From the NCBI GenBank assembly GCA_050273025.1, contig CP158635.1:28334001-28398000 (forward strand): a stretch of 64,000 nucleotides of DNA. Reading direction: 5' to 3'. The notes beneath the pieces were generated by a model that saw only the letters and a program-made list of their open reading frames with translations, was not told the DNA's origin and made no database searches. Source of the stretch: Cenococcum geophilum (taxonomy: Eukaryota). Positions 51,401 to 64,000 of this stretch are shown one piece after another. The first letter of the stretch is position 1; every line of letters begins with the position of its first letter. A program made the position numbers and the translations under genes.

Positions 51401-54160
51401 AATTATTTAAGACAGGGAAAGTACTATAGGAATAGAAGGTAGTAAAGATTATGCCGCTATAGAAGCCGAAGTAGGGGGACTATACAGTAGCAAACAACTA
51501 TAGGCTGATCTCCCTCCTCTTAACGCTAGGAAAAGCACTTAAATCGCTAATAGTGGAGAGGATAGTATACCTAGTAGAGGAACACAGCCTACTACCTAAG
51601 ACATACTTTAGAGCTAGAAAGCAAAGGTTAACGATATATACGCTATTATATCTCTATGAGGACGTATTTAGAGCGTGGAGAGGAAAAAAGACGCTATCTT
51701 TAGTATTATTTAATGTTAAGGGTGCGTATAACAATGTAGCTATAGAGCTGGAAATTAGGAGACTACGGCAGCGTTAGATACCTTAGACAATTATATAATG
51801 GGTGTAGGACTTCTATATAAACCGTTAAGCCTATATCCTAGTCAACGGATACACATCAGAGGTATAGGCGCTCCCGCAGGTGGGTTTTCCATAAGGATTA
51901 GCACTAGCCCTAATACTCTTTCTATTCTTTAACGCGGATCTTATACAAAGCGCACCCAGAAATGGCAGCTCTATGGCCTTCGTTAACGACTACTCGGTAT
52001 AGGTTATAGGCCCTACAGCAAAGGAAAACACGTAGATTATTTAGGGCGAGATTATACTAATGCTTAAGAAATAGGAGAGGACTAGTGGAGCTTAATTTAA
52101 AGCAAAGAAAACGTTATTTATTTACCTTACTAGATATAAAGAAGCGGGTAGGAATACTACTACGCCGCTTCAATTTAAAGGAAAAGGAATCCCCCCAATA
52201 TAGGAAGTCAAAATCCTTAGGGTAATTCTCAATAAGGAGCTACGGTTTAAGGTATACCTAGCGGATAAGGTAGGTAAGGCCACTAAGGTGGCGCTAGCGT
52301 TGCGCAGATTAAAGGGACTGTAGTTTAAGAGCGTTAAGTAGCTAGCTAAGAGCTTAGTCCTACTAGTAGCAGACTACGCGTCGCTAATATGGTACCTGCT
52401 TATAATATAAGAATTAATACAGCTCCTCTAGTAGGCGTAGAGGATTACGGCACAAGCTATTATTAGGGGGTTCCGTACCGTCACTTTGCCAATAGCGGAG
52501 GTAGAAGCCGGCTTACTCCCTTTTAAGTAAAGGCTGCGTAACTAGGCTATCGCGTTCTGGGTATTAATCTATAAACTAGGCAAATCATACCCTTATTAGA
52601 TAATTCAAAGATAGAGGCTCTATAAACGGCACCAATCGCCGCTTTAGAGGATAGTAGAGATATATAAGGATGTCTAGGTGAATGGGGTGCTAGAGGTTAA
52701 ACCGTATATATGCCCGCCGTGGGTAGCTAAGCCTAATATGGTAATATATAAGGACGAAGAGCATGCTTAAGCTATTATTAAAGACTATAAGCTAGGGTAG
52801 GTTAATATATACGTTAATATATTGGTACGTAATAGTAGGGCAGGAGTTGGTGTGTATGCTACGCCATCTAAAGCAACGCTCTCGAAAATGGTGGTAAGCT
52901 CTAATTAAGCCGACGCTTACCTTATAGAGCTTTTAGCAATCAGCGAAGCAGCTAACTGGCTATAGGACCCTACGTGCATGGCTGTTAACTAAGTAGGTTT
53001 TCCAATACCTGCTTTTAGTATAAGAATATTCTCCGACTTATAATTAGCGTTGCTGTTAGTATAAAGCTAGAGGGCTAGAGCCTGCTAGGAAGTAGTTATA
53101 GAGATCTTAAAGAAGCTTTAGCTAAATAATGTTACGCTATATTAGATTCTAAGCCACTTAGGGTTTATAGGAAATAAGAAGGCCGATAAGCTTGCTAAAG
53201 TAGCAATAAGACTAGAGAGCGAGGAGCTACTATAGAGAGACGGCCTCCTATAGTACCTTATAACGCAAGCCTTAAAAAGAGCTAAGATAATAATAGGACC
53301 GCTTTTATTGGGAAGATCTAATACGGGCAAGTTTATAAAAAAGATTGACGCAGCACTCTACCTTGGAAAGGCTGTAGGATTATACTAACAGCTAATTAGC
53401 TTAAAAGCTGCTATCTTTACGCAGCTATAGACCGGCAAGTTATTTCTAAAAGAATATCTCTATAAAATTAATGCATTAGAGATAGCGTTATGCGACTACG
53501 GGCTTATAGAATTAATATAGTACTTCCTCTTCTCTTATAGGAGGTGGATATAGCAGAGGTTTAAACTAAGAGAGTAGTATAAAGATTGATTTAGGAATCT
53601 ATTATATGTATTAGAAGGCTACTTACGCAGACGAGAAGGAGGTAGGAATATTAACGGCCTAATTAAGTACTGGAAGCTAGACATTAGCGTAGTTAAAGCT
53701 ATAATTAAATTTATAAAAGAGACTAAACATTTACACTTAAGCGTATAAGATATAGAGAGTATAAAAGCCGACGTTAATAAGCAAAAACTCTTAAGAATCC
53801 CTCCTCCAATTATCTAACTGAATACACCGCGAGCCTCCTCTATACGTGCCTTTACTGGTATGTCGCCGATTAAGAAGCGCATAATGCTGGAATAGCCCTG
53901 TAAATATAAGGCGTCGAAAACTACTTACCTGGGCTTGCCTTTAAACTCTAACTTTCTTCTAATAGTAACATATTACTTTCCTTTATTTTTTCCTTAGTTG
54001 AGCATAGTGTTAGGTAATAGATATATAGTTTTTATAGTTGGCTTCTAAACTAGAGCATGCATGTTAATGGTAGGAAGTATTTAGTTAGCGCTCTATAACG
54101 GCCTATACCCTAGATAATGCATAGCTATAATAGAATATATATACATATATATATATATAC
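48461..54160 (+). mobile_element. Tad1-like LINE, near full length (ORF1 with CCHC knuckles to ~49905; ORF2 APE endonuclease-RT-RNase H ~49900-53817; (ATAC)n-derived tail)
   Basis: CYKCRRFG.RARD knuckle; GDFN.H endonuclease motif (~50377); RT F-V-(D>N)-D (~51979); RNase H W...H.G..GN.KAD.LAK (~53141); AATAGA(ATAC/ATAT)n 3' tail; RIP-type stops throughout. Confidence 0.92.
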
Positions 54161-54200
54161 GTTGAGATAGCGGGACAGTTAACGACCATACTAGGGAAAT

Positions 54201-57200
54201 CTTTTGAAAGAGGAGGATATTTATCTCGGACATTCTTTTAATTAAATCCTAGTCTTTTGTTTAGCTAGTTCCCGCGGTAAGGCGGCCCCTATAGCCTATT
54301 AAACGAAGCCCTAGAGCCCTAATGGCTGCTTTAACCCCTAAACGCGTATTAGCAACACCACCTTTAGACCCGCTAGTAGCTTTATTAAGACGTATAAAGA
54401 AACCAAGCGCGAAGGTATAAGAGGCCTAGTAGTCGCTAAGGATATAAGCCTAAATATTAGTATAGTTTAAATAGTAGATAACTGTACTATAAACTGGACT
54501 ATAAGCTATATAGTATATACTGCCTCTATTCCCTATAGTAAGAGTCTCTACCTTACCTAAATATAAAGGAGGAGGTATTAATTATAATGAATTTTATCGA
54601 CTTATTAAAAGCCTTAAAGAAACTATAGTATAGTAGAGCAATATTATTATAAACTAGAATAGTATTATTAAGAGCATTAGAAATAACCTTATAGATATTA
54701 AATTGGAATAGCGAAGCCTTAAAAAGCAAAATACTAAACTCTAAAAGGCTATCCAGTCCTTATAAGCGCAATTAAATACTCCCTTAGCTCTAATATAATT
54801 ATAGGCATTAGTAGCGGCCAATAGAGGCATAGTAGGGTTAGAGATAACCTTGCTATAAATAATAAGCGCTAGGAACCCTAAGGAACCTAATTAGTAGCTA
54901 GTAATAGACGTTAGCTAAGTGGGTTTAGAGGTAATAGAGAGGGTAGCTATTATTAAAGTAGTAAAGTAAACTATTGCGTAAGGTATAAAGGATATTAAGG
55001 GGCTTACGGGAGCTATATTTAAGGACTTCCGTGTATAGCAAATAAGCGACAGCGTGAGCATTATTAGATTCTTGGTGGAAAAAGATAAAGAAGCTATATT
55101 TAGGTAGATAACTGCTTAATAGCTTAAACCGTATATTTTTAGGGTAAGGCTTATTAGACCTAAGTAGTATATAGTTAAGGCGGACTGGGTTAAAGTACCT
55201 TTAGTAATGGATATTAATAGCGGAAAAGTAAGTAAGTTAGCTATAGAGTGCTTTAGGGTAGAGAATGGTATAGAGGTATATATAATAAGATGGCTTAGAT
55301 AACTAAGGCCGCATAGCTAGCACGCGTTAGTGATTATTAAAGTGGCAATAAAGGAGGATATAGAGAAGCTGCTTACGTCAAATAACGTGTTATTTAGGGG
55401 AGGCGCGATTATTATATCACTATTTAAGGAGCGACGTACCCCTATAGCATGCTATAAATATAAAAGGTTTAGATATAAGGCTAGAGACTATACGCGACCT
55501 AATACGTACAAAATATATAGGCGGGAAGGCCATCTTTAGTATAAGACGGTGAATTTACACTACGTGAACTGCTAGGGTTCTCACTAAGCCTTATATTATA
55601 AATGCCTAGCATATAAGAAAGAGATAGATAGGATTTTTATATAATAGCGCTATAAATAAAGAACTTTAGATCCTTTAGGCGAATATAAAGAAGTATAGGG
55701 AAGCGTAGTATGCGTTATATAATAATAAAGCGCTAGCGGACTTCCACTTTATTCTAGGCTAGGAGCCTTACTACTTTCTCTTAGATAGGGAAGTAGTGCT
55801 AGCTAGCTTAAATCCCTAGTGGATAAGGTTCGTCCTAATAGGTAGGCAGCAGCGGTATTTTCTAGTTAGGTTATATATCTAGGCATTTAAAGAGCTAGTA
55901 GCTATATAGCTATAGGTAAATTTAGTAGATATTACGGCGGTAGTAGCGTATGTTGGCTAAAGGAGATTTATAATTGTGTCGGTATATATTCCAGACAGAT
56001 ATTTAAGAAGAACTAAGGAAGAGAACCTAAAGGAGCTCTCTAGTAGGCTAGAGATAATTAATAGTCTAGTTTAGGGTAAACTATTACGCGACCTATATAC
56101 CGAGGTAGTAATTATAGGTGACTTTAATTGGCATAATCTGCTATAGGGAGGAAGTTATATTAGTACTATATTAATATAGGAAGAAAGCGCGCTAATTATT
56201 AATTTTATAGTGGACTGGTTACTCTAGAGCCTACTTTTAGTAGAAGTACCTATATTTAAAAGCGACGCGGGGCAAATATTAACAATTAACCTTATACTTG
56301 CAACCCTAGGCTTAGTAAGTAAACTAGTAAAGTACGCTATTTAGGAGTATAAGTATGGGTTAGACTATAGAGCTATCTATACTAGCTTTTAGGTTAATAT
56401 AGACACATAGGAAAGCTAGGAGAGGCTGCTTATTAAGAATATAAACTAGGATAAGATTTAAGAAGACGTAGAGTAATAAAAAGAGATGGAATTCCCTATA
56501 GAAGATGTAAATAAAATGGTTAACTACCTTAATAGGTGGGTTAATAAAGCCCTTAAAGCATACTGCTAGCGGGCTAAGCCATTACTATATATAAAAAGAT
56601 GGTGGAACGAAGACCTTATAACGCTAAGGAAGTTATATATATACTAAAGGAACAGGAATAGCGCGATATAAAGGCAAGGAAGGGACGACCCTAAACTATA
56701 TAATGTCGCAGTAAGAGTAAAGAAGCTCTTTTATAGGACTATTCAGTAATATAGGAAGCTCTATTAGAACGAATTCCTTAGTAATAATGACAATATATAG
56801 AAAGTATCGAAATACCTTAATCCGTAGGCTATATCCGCGTTCGCGAGAATACCGCTAATTAAGAAGGATAGAGAATAGGGAGAGGTCGTTATAGAGAACC
56901 ATAATATTGTAAGAGAACTACTTTAGGCATTCTTTCTAGCCCCGCCGCTGTATAAATAAGAGGAGGAAATTATAACTAGCTATAACTAATTGCTATAGGA
57001 GCCTATCGCTAAATATAAGGTTAAGGTAGCTATATTTAGGGCTAGCCTAGATAAGGCTCCTAGAAGGGATAGCCTACTAGCTAGGGTATAGCAAGAGCTG
57101 TAGCCCATACTAAGCGGTGAGATTACCACTCTTTTTACCAAATTACTTAAGATAGGAAAGGTACTATAGGAATGGAAGGTAGTAAAGATTATACCGCTAT

Positions 57201-59896
57201 AGAAGCTAAAGCGGGGGGACTATATAGTAGCAAACAACTATAGGCCGATCTCCCTCCTCTTAACGCTAGGGAAAGTACTTAAATTGTTAGTGGCGGAAAG
57301 AATAGTATACCTAGTAGAGGAACATAGCCTATTACCTAAGATATACTTTAGAGCTAGGAAGTAAAGGTTAACAATATATACGCTATTATATCTCTATAAG
57401 GACGTATTTAGAGTATAAAAAGAAAAGAAGACGCTATCTCTAGTATTATTTAATATTAAGGGCGTATATAATAATATAGCTATAGAGCCGGAAATTAGGA
57501 GATTATAGCAGTATTAGATACCTCAGACGATTATATAATAGGTATAGGACTTTTATACAAACCGTTAAGCCTATATCCTAGTTAATGGATATATATTAGA
57601 GGTATAAGCGCTTTTATAGGCGGGCCTTTTATAGGGATTAGCACTAGCCCTAATACTCTTTCTATTCTTTAACGCGGATCTTATATAAAGCGCACCTAAA
57701 AATGGCAGCTCTATAGCCTTTGTTAATAACTACTTAGTATAGGTCGTAGGCCCTATAGCGTAGGAAAACACGCAGATTATTTAGGGCAAGATTATACCAA
57801 TGCTTAAGAAATAGGAGAGGACTAGTAGAGCTTAATTTAAAGTAAAGAAAACATTATTTATCTACTTTACTAGATATAAAAAAGCGGGCAGGGATACTAC
57901 CATACTACTCTAATTTAAAGGAAAAGGAATCCCCCTAATATAGGAAGTTAAACTCCTTAGGGTGATTTTTAATAAGGAGCTATGGTTTAAAGTATACCTA
58001 GCGGATAAGGTAGGTAAGGCTACTAAGGTAGTGCTAGCGTTGCGTAGATTAAAGGGACTATAGTCTAAGAGCGTTAAGCAGCTAGTTAAGAGCTCGGTCC
58101 TACTAGTAGTAGACTATATATTACTAATATAGTACCCGCTTATAATATAAGAGTTAAAGCAGCTCCTTTAGTAGGCGCAAAGGATTACGGTATAAGCTAT
58201 TATTAGGGGGTTCTATACCGTTACTCTACTAATAGCGGAGGTAGAAGCAGGCTTACTCCCTCTTAAATAAAGGCTATGTAACTAGGCTATCGCGTTCTAG
58301 GTATTAATTTATAAACTAGGCAAATTATATCCTTATTAGATAATTTAAAGATAGAGGCTCTATAGACGGCACTAGTCGCCGCTTTAGAGAATAGCAGAAA
58401 TATATAAGAATGTCTAGGTAAAGGGGGTGCTAAAGGTTAAACTATATATATGCCCGCTGTGGGTAGCTAAGCCTAATATGGTAATATATAAGGACGAAGA
58501 GTATACTTAAGCTATTATTAAAGACTATAAGCTAGGGCAGGTTAATATATACGTTAATATATCGGTGCGTAATAGTAGGGCAGGAGTTAGCGTATATGCT
58601 ATACTATCTAAAGTAACGCTTTTAAAAACGGTGGCGGGCTTTAAGTAGGCCGACGCCTACCTAATAGAGCTTCTAGTAATTAGCGAGGCAGCTAACTGGC
58701 TATAGGACCCTATATATACAGCTGTTAACTAAGTAGGTTCTCTAATACCTGCTTTTAGTATAAGAATATTCTCTAACTTATAATTAGTGTTGCTATTAGT
58801 ATAAAGCTAGAGGGCTAGAGCCTACTAAGAAATAGTTATAGAGATCTTAAAGAAGCTCTAGCTAAATAATATTACATTATACTAAATTCTAGGCTATTTA
58901 GGATTTATAGGAAACAAGAAAGCTAATAAGCTTATTAAAGTAGCGACAAGACTAGAGGGCGAGGAGCTACTATAAAGAGACGGCCTTTTATAGTACTTTA
59001 TAACGTAAGCCTTAAAAAAAGCTAAGATAATAACAGGACCGCTTCTATTAGGAAGATCTAATACAGGTAAGTTTATAAGGAAGATTAATGCAGCACTTTA
59101 CCTTAGAAAGGCTGTAGGATTATACTAGTAGCTAATTAGCTTTAAAGCTACTATCTTTACGTAGCTATAAACCGGCAAGTTATTTCTAAAGGAATATCTC
59201 CACAAAATTAATATATTAAAGACGGCGTTATGCGACTACGGGCTTATAGAATTAATATAGCACTTCCTCTTTTCTTATAAGAGGTGGATATAGCAGAGGT
59301 TTAAACTAAGAGAGTAGCATAGAGATTAATTTGGGGATCTATTATATGTATTAGGAGGCTACTTACGCAGATAAAAAGGAGGTAGGAATATTAACGGCCC
59401 AATTAAGCGCTGGAAGCCAGATATTAGCGTAGTTAAAGCTATAATTAAATTTATAAAGGAGACTAGACGTTTATACCTAAGCGTATAAGATATAAAGAGT
59501 ATAGAAGCCAACGTTAATAAGTAAAGACTTTTAAGAATTCCCCCTTTAATTATCTAACCGAATATACCGCGAGCCTCCTCTATATATACCTCCACTAGTA
59601 CGTCGCCAATTAAGAAGCGTATAATGCTAGAATAGCCCTGCGGACATAAGGCGTTAAAAACTACTTACTTAGGCTTGCCTCTAAACTCTAACTTTCTTCT
59701 AATAGTAATATATTACTTTCCTTTATTTTTTCCTTAGTTAAGTAGGGTGTTAGGTAATAAATATATAGTTTTTATAGTTAGCTTCTAAACTAGAGCAAGC
59801 ATATTAATGGCAGGAAGTATTTAGTTAGCGCTCTATAACGGCCTATACCCTAAATAGTATATAGCTATAATAGAATATATATACATATATATATAC
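54201..59896 (+). mobile_element. Tad1-like LINE, second tandem near full-length copy
   Basis: Colinear with 48461-54160 over its whole length, with the same tail. Confidence 0.92.
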
Positions 59897-59926
59897 GTTA
59901 AGATAACGGGGTAGCAAACGGAAATA

Positions 59927-60310
59927 CTCTTAAAAGAGGAGGATATTTATCTCGGACATTCTTTTAATCGAATCCTGGTCTTTCGTTTAGCTAGTTCCCG
60001 CTATAAGGCGGCCCCTATAGCCTACTAAATAAAGCCCTAAAGCCCTAATAGCTGCCTTAACCCCTAAACGCGTATTAGTAACGCCACCTCTAGACCTATT
60101 AGCAGCTCTATTAAGACGTATAAGGAAACTAAGCGCGAAGGTGTAAGAGGCCTAGTAGTCGCTAAGGACATAAACCGCTTAAAGATTAGCATAGTTTAAA
60201 TAGTAGACCGCACTATAAACCGGAATATAAGCTACGTAGTATATACTGCCTCTATTCCCTATAGTAAGAGTCTTTACCTTACCCAAACGTAAAGGAGGAG
60301 GTATTAATTA
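59927..60310 (+). mobile_element. Tad1-like LINE, third tandem copy (5' 380 bp), cut by a Helitron-like insertion
   Basis: Matches the LINE 5' region up to GGAGGTATTAATTA, then unrelated sequence. Confidence 0.85.
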
Positions 60311-61196
60311 ATATGCGGAACGTTAATCCCCCAACGTAAATTTTGACCTGAGTTTATAAGTAATAAGCTAATCAATTTTAGAGCTTTATTATATAGACTT
60401 TAATTAATATATATAGAGATAAGGTTTTCCAGGGGGAGACCCCTTAGGACCCCCCTATATAGAGCTTTTGCTTAATTTAGAAGCAGTAGTAAGATTAAGG
60501 CGCCTTAGTTACTGCTAAGTAAGGATTTACTATAGTAACTAAGGCGCCTACTTAAGCTGGGCTTAAGGATTATATTGGTTATAAATCTAGTATATATTTA
60601 GACTGCAGAGCTTTAATATAGAGCCCTCTACGTAGGATCTAATATAGTAGATTATAATTCCAATTTAAAGCTTTATATACTAAATATTTTTAATGCCTAA
60701 TAACTAAATCGCCGTATAGCTGGAATTAAAGTAAGTCTACTACCTTAACTCGATTAAATATACGTATAGGAAGAGATATAACTATATATAGAGATATTTG
60801 ACATAATTAAGTAACTATGTTATTGCCCACCTAGTTCGGACGTACGATGACGTAATGGCTTGGCGATAACGTAATAGCTCGGCGCTGAGTAATGGGAGGA
60901 GGAGGAGGGGGAGGAGATTGGGGGTGGCTCGGCCACTGTAAGAAGGTCGTGATATTAGTATAGTATTAAACTTTAAAATTTGTATACTGGGAGCTTAATT
61001 AACGACCCCTATATAAAACGTTAATAATGTTTAATTGTAAAGCTTTAAACCGGTAGATCTTTTAGGAATGCCTATTATAAGTAGCTCTGAGTATAAAATC
61101 TAGAATATTTAGTAGTGGTGTAAGTATGGGATAAGGTATATATTTGCGTTCCTAAATATTATTATATAACGCAATTTTTGGGTAATAAAAACCGCC

Positions 61197-61937
61197 GTTA
61201 ATATTGCTTAACTAACACCTACCGGAGGTTCCTCCGTCCTTTCTATCTCCTCTCTTACCCGTCTCCTCGTTAGATACTATCTATATTACTATATTAACTA
61301 ATAGATCCCTTAGTGGAGACTAGGGAAGGGTATTAGAGTACCTTTAGCTTTTATAAAGAAGAAGAAAGAAGAAGAGAGGAAGGTGTAAAGGAGGGAGTAT
61401 TTATAGATAGGAGGAGGCCTGTAAATAGGAGATTAGGCAGCTATAATATAGATATTAATGTTGCTTAATTAACACCTACCGGACGCCCCTCTGTCCTTCC
61501 TGTCTCCTCTCTTACCCATCTCCTTATTAGATGCTATTTATATCACCATATTAACTAATAAACCCCTTAGTAGGGATTAGGGAGGGGTATTAGAGCACCT
61601 CTAGCTCTTATAAGGAAGAAGAAAGAAGAAGAGAGGAAGGTATAGAGGAGGGAGTATTTATAAATAGGAGGAGGCCTATAAATGGGAGATTAGGCAGCTA
61701 TAATATAGACATTAACGTTGCTTAACTAACACCTACTAAACGCCCCTCCGTCCTTCCTATCTCCTCTCTTACCCGTCTCCTTGTTAGATACTATTTATAT
61801 TACTACGTCAACTAATAGATCCCTTAGTGGGGACTAGGGAGGAGTATTAGAGCACCTCTAGCTTTTATAAGGAAGAAGAAAAGAAAAGAGAAAGGTATAG
61901 AGAAGGGAGTATTTATAGATGGGAGGAGGCCCTATAA
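61197..61937. repeat. 257-bp tandem repeat, ~2.9 copies (starts 61197, 61454, 61711)
   Basis: Directly visible; units differ mainly by C/T and G/A transitions. Confidence 0.9.
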
Positions 61938-62089
61938 GTACGTAATTTGGTAAGTACTAATAAGCACGAGATTTTCGTATAAGATGGGCTTAATTGCTTA
62001 CCAAAATACGGGGTATCTCTGTCACTGTAGTGGCTACTATAGTGGTAGAGACGCCTTAAATATTTAATATAACCGACTACTAAGGCTGT

Positions 62090-62450
62090 CGATAAGTAAA
62101 AGGTAGGCTACCGATATAATGCAAACGATATAGTTGTTAATATCGTTTATAGCCTGTTTTTGCTTCTAGTATACGCGTAAATCGTCCTTATATTTGGCGT
62201 AGAGCTAGTTATAGGTAGTGAGCTAATTTAGGTCTAGCTTTGCTATTAATATAGCCGTAGGTAGTATATCCCTTGGTATAGGCCGACTTAGTAATTCTAG
62301 CTTTAGAAGATCGTCTTTCTTTTTAGATAGGTCGATATACTGCTATACCTTATTAGTTTTGGCTATGTCTTAGATAATAAAGAACTACTAAATCTAATTG
62401 GATAGCTTATTAAGGATAAGGATAATTTTTAATTTAGTAGAGGTTGTTAT
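62090..62450 (-). pseudogene. Copia-like gag N-terminal fragment inside the Helitron-like element
   Basis: De-RIPed reading approx. ILDKPSDWIQWFFIIQD.AKTNEVWQYIDPS.KKDDLPKL..P.RP.P.D...YKDDLRVY.KQKQA. Confidence 0.55.
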
Positions 62451-63052
62451 TTTTAGAATTTAATAGGTTAGGAAGGGTCTAGGTTAGGGTTTAGCTAGCG
62501 TCTTAGTAGAACCTTATTTAGACGTTCCGAACTTTTAATTTAATTTATTAGTTTAGATCACTAAAATCTAAAATTTTGTTATAGGGAGCGCGATTAATAA
62601 CCCCTACTAACAGCTCTAACCACGTCTAATTTTTGATTTGTAAATTGGTAGATTTATAGGTAATAGTTATTATAAGTAGCTCTAGGTGCAGTATATATAA
62701 AATCTTAACTATAGTGTAGAGAAGTTGTGGCTGCTAATATGCGGTCCTAAGTATTCTTAAGGTTACGTAACTTCTTATATAAGCGACATTTCCGCCCTTT
62801 AAAAAAATTAAAAAATTCTAAAAATCGATTAATGCTATAGATAGCAGCAATATTAATCCGGTAGTACTACTAATTCTCCCTATATACTATTATATGTATA
62901 TCTAACAGCTTTAGAAGCGGTAAGAAGGTAGGACGGATAGGGGGGTTAAAATTTAGAAAATTGGATTTCGTGGTTAAGCTGTTTAAAAGTTAGGAAACTA
63001 AGACGAATGCCATATTCTCCGCTTACCTTTAAGCCAGTATATGATTTCCTAA

Positions 63053-64000
63053 TTAGGAAAAGTCGTTTATAAGTAGTTACTATTACCTCCGTACAAAATC
63101 TTCTTATTATACCTCTTTAGTCTTACTTATAGATAACTAAAATTGTTTTATATTAAACCTACGTTTAAATATAAGCCCTAAAAGCTTCTTAACTTATAAG
63201 ATTGCTATATAGGTTAGCCTAGCTGTTTTATTTTTCTTCTTAATATCTAGAACTACCCGGTTAAGTATTAGGCCCTAGCTTTTATATATAGTAAGAGTAA
63301 AAGCCAGAGTAATTGGAAATTAACGCCGTAAGTAAAAGCCTCTTATACCCTTTTACTTATAAAGTATGGAAAATATAGGGATAACTTTCTTACTATCCTG
63401 CCGAGTGAATAGGGTAGGTCCGTTGTACCTATCTACTATAATTAGTAGTGACTAAGGCTGATCCTTTTTAATATCCGCGTGTCCCTTTTATATAATATCT
63501 TTAACTATACCAGTAGTACCGTTTACTAAGCCTAGTTTAACCTAGATATTTTATATTAGTATTACTTTCGCGCCAATATATAGGGCTAGATTCTTTATAG
63601 TATCGCACTAATTAGGAGTAACTTTCCGCGCACCTATACTAGTGTTAACTAACTTAATAGCCACCACTAGCTGTAAAAGGTCGCGAAGCCGAATAGTGTT
63701 ATACTTACCTATAGTAGCGCGTGTGCTATATAGCCGAATTATATTATTAAAGCCCGCAACCTTATTGGTAGATAGGCCCTGCTTATACCTAGTTAAAAGA
63801 AGCTTTTAGGTTGATTTACTTATAGAATTACTACGTAGCTTTATAAGGGCGGTCCTAAATATAGAGCTTTTAACGTTATTACCGCCCTACTATATAACTT
63901 AATCTAGGATAGCTGTTTAGTTAATCGCCTTATAGGCTCCCTTTTTATATCTAGCGAGCTCTAACGGCTTAGCGGGTAAATTACTATATAAGGCCGCCTG
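63053..64000 (-). pseudogene. PIF1-family helicase C-terminal half (Helitron RepHel), RIP-inactivated
   Basis: De-RIPed reading includes Q.MRQGG, GAKVML..NIW..LGLVNGT.G, RRQFPI.LAFALT.HKSQGLTL and YVAISRVK, which are typical PIF1/RecD motifs. Confidence 0.85.

Larger units (their letters stand above)
60311..64000 (-). mobile_element. 3' part of a Helitron-like element (runs off right edge)
   Basis: PIF1-type helicase relic at the right edge. Minus-strand end ...TTCCGCATAT joined to TAAT of the LINE. Subterminal GGGG-GAGA-CCCC hairpin at 60432-60443. Confidence 0.7.

Noticed and set aside
48410..59926. CRISPR-like repeat/unique-spacer pattern at LINE junctions
   Set aside because: Units are separated by 5.7-kb LINE bodies in eukaryotic DNA with no cas genes; better explained as TSD plus 5' junction sequence.

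Overview
Fungal (filamentous ascomycete-type) repeat-rich DNA. About 85% of the window is AT/TpA-rich, RIP-mutated, nested transposon sequence. The left 35 kb is one minus-strand Tad1-like LINE. It is split by two copies of a Ty3/Gypsy element (family B) and by a MITE that itself contains a full Ty3/Gypsy chromovirus (family A). A second, partial family-A copy (carrying a solo LTR) and a third Gypsy integrase fragment lie at the far left. A less-mutated 8.3-kb island (35564-43864) is bounded by 22-bp terminal inverted repeats and long, modular, diverged inverted arms. It carries a single RIP-inactivated NLR-like gene: HET-NACHT fused to an unrelated, intron-containing C-terminal protein with two predicted TM helices. 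To its right are a TIR transposon relic containing a non-autonomous Copia-like LTR element and three head-to-tail LINE copies separated by the same 14-bp motif. The window ends in the 3' part of a Helitron-like element (PIF1 helicase). No intact host gene or RNA gene was recognised. All alignments were made by eye.
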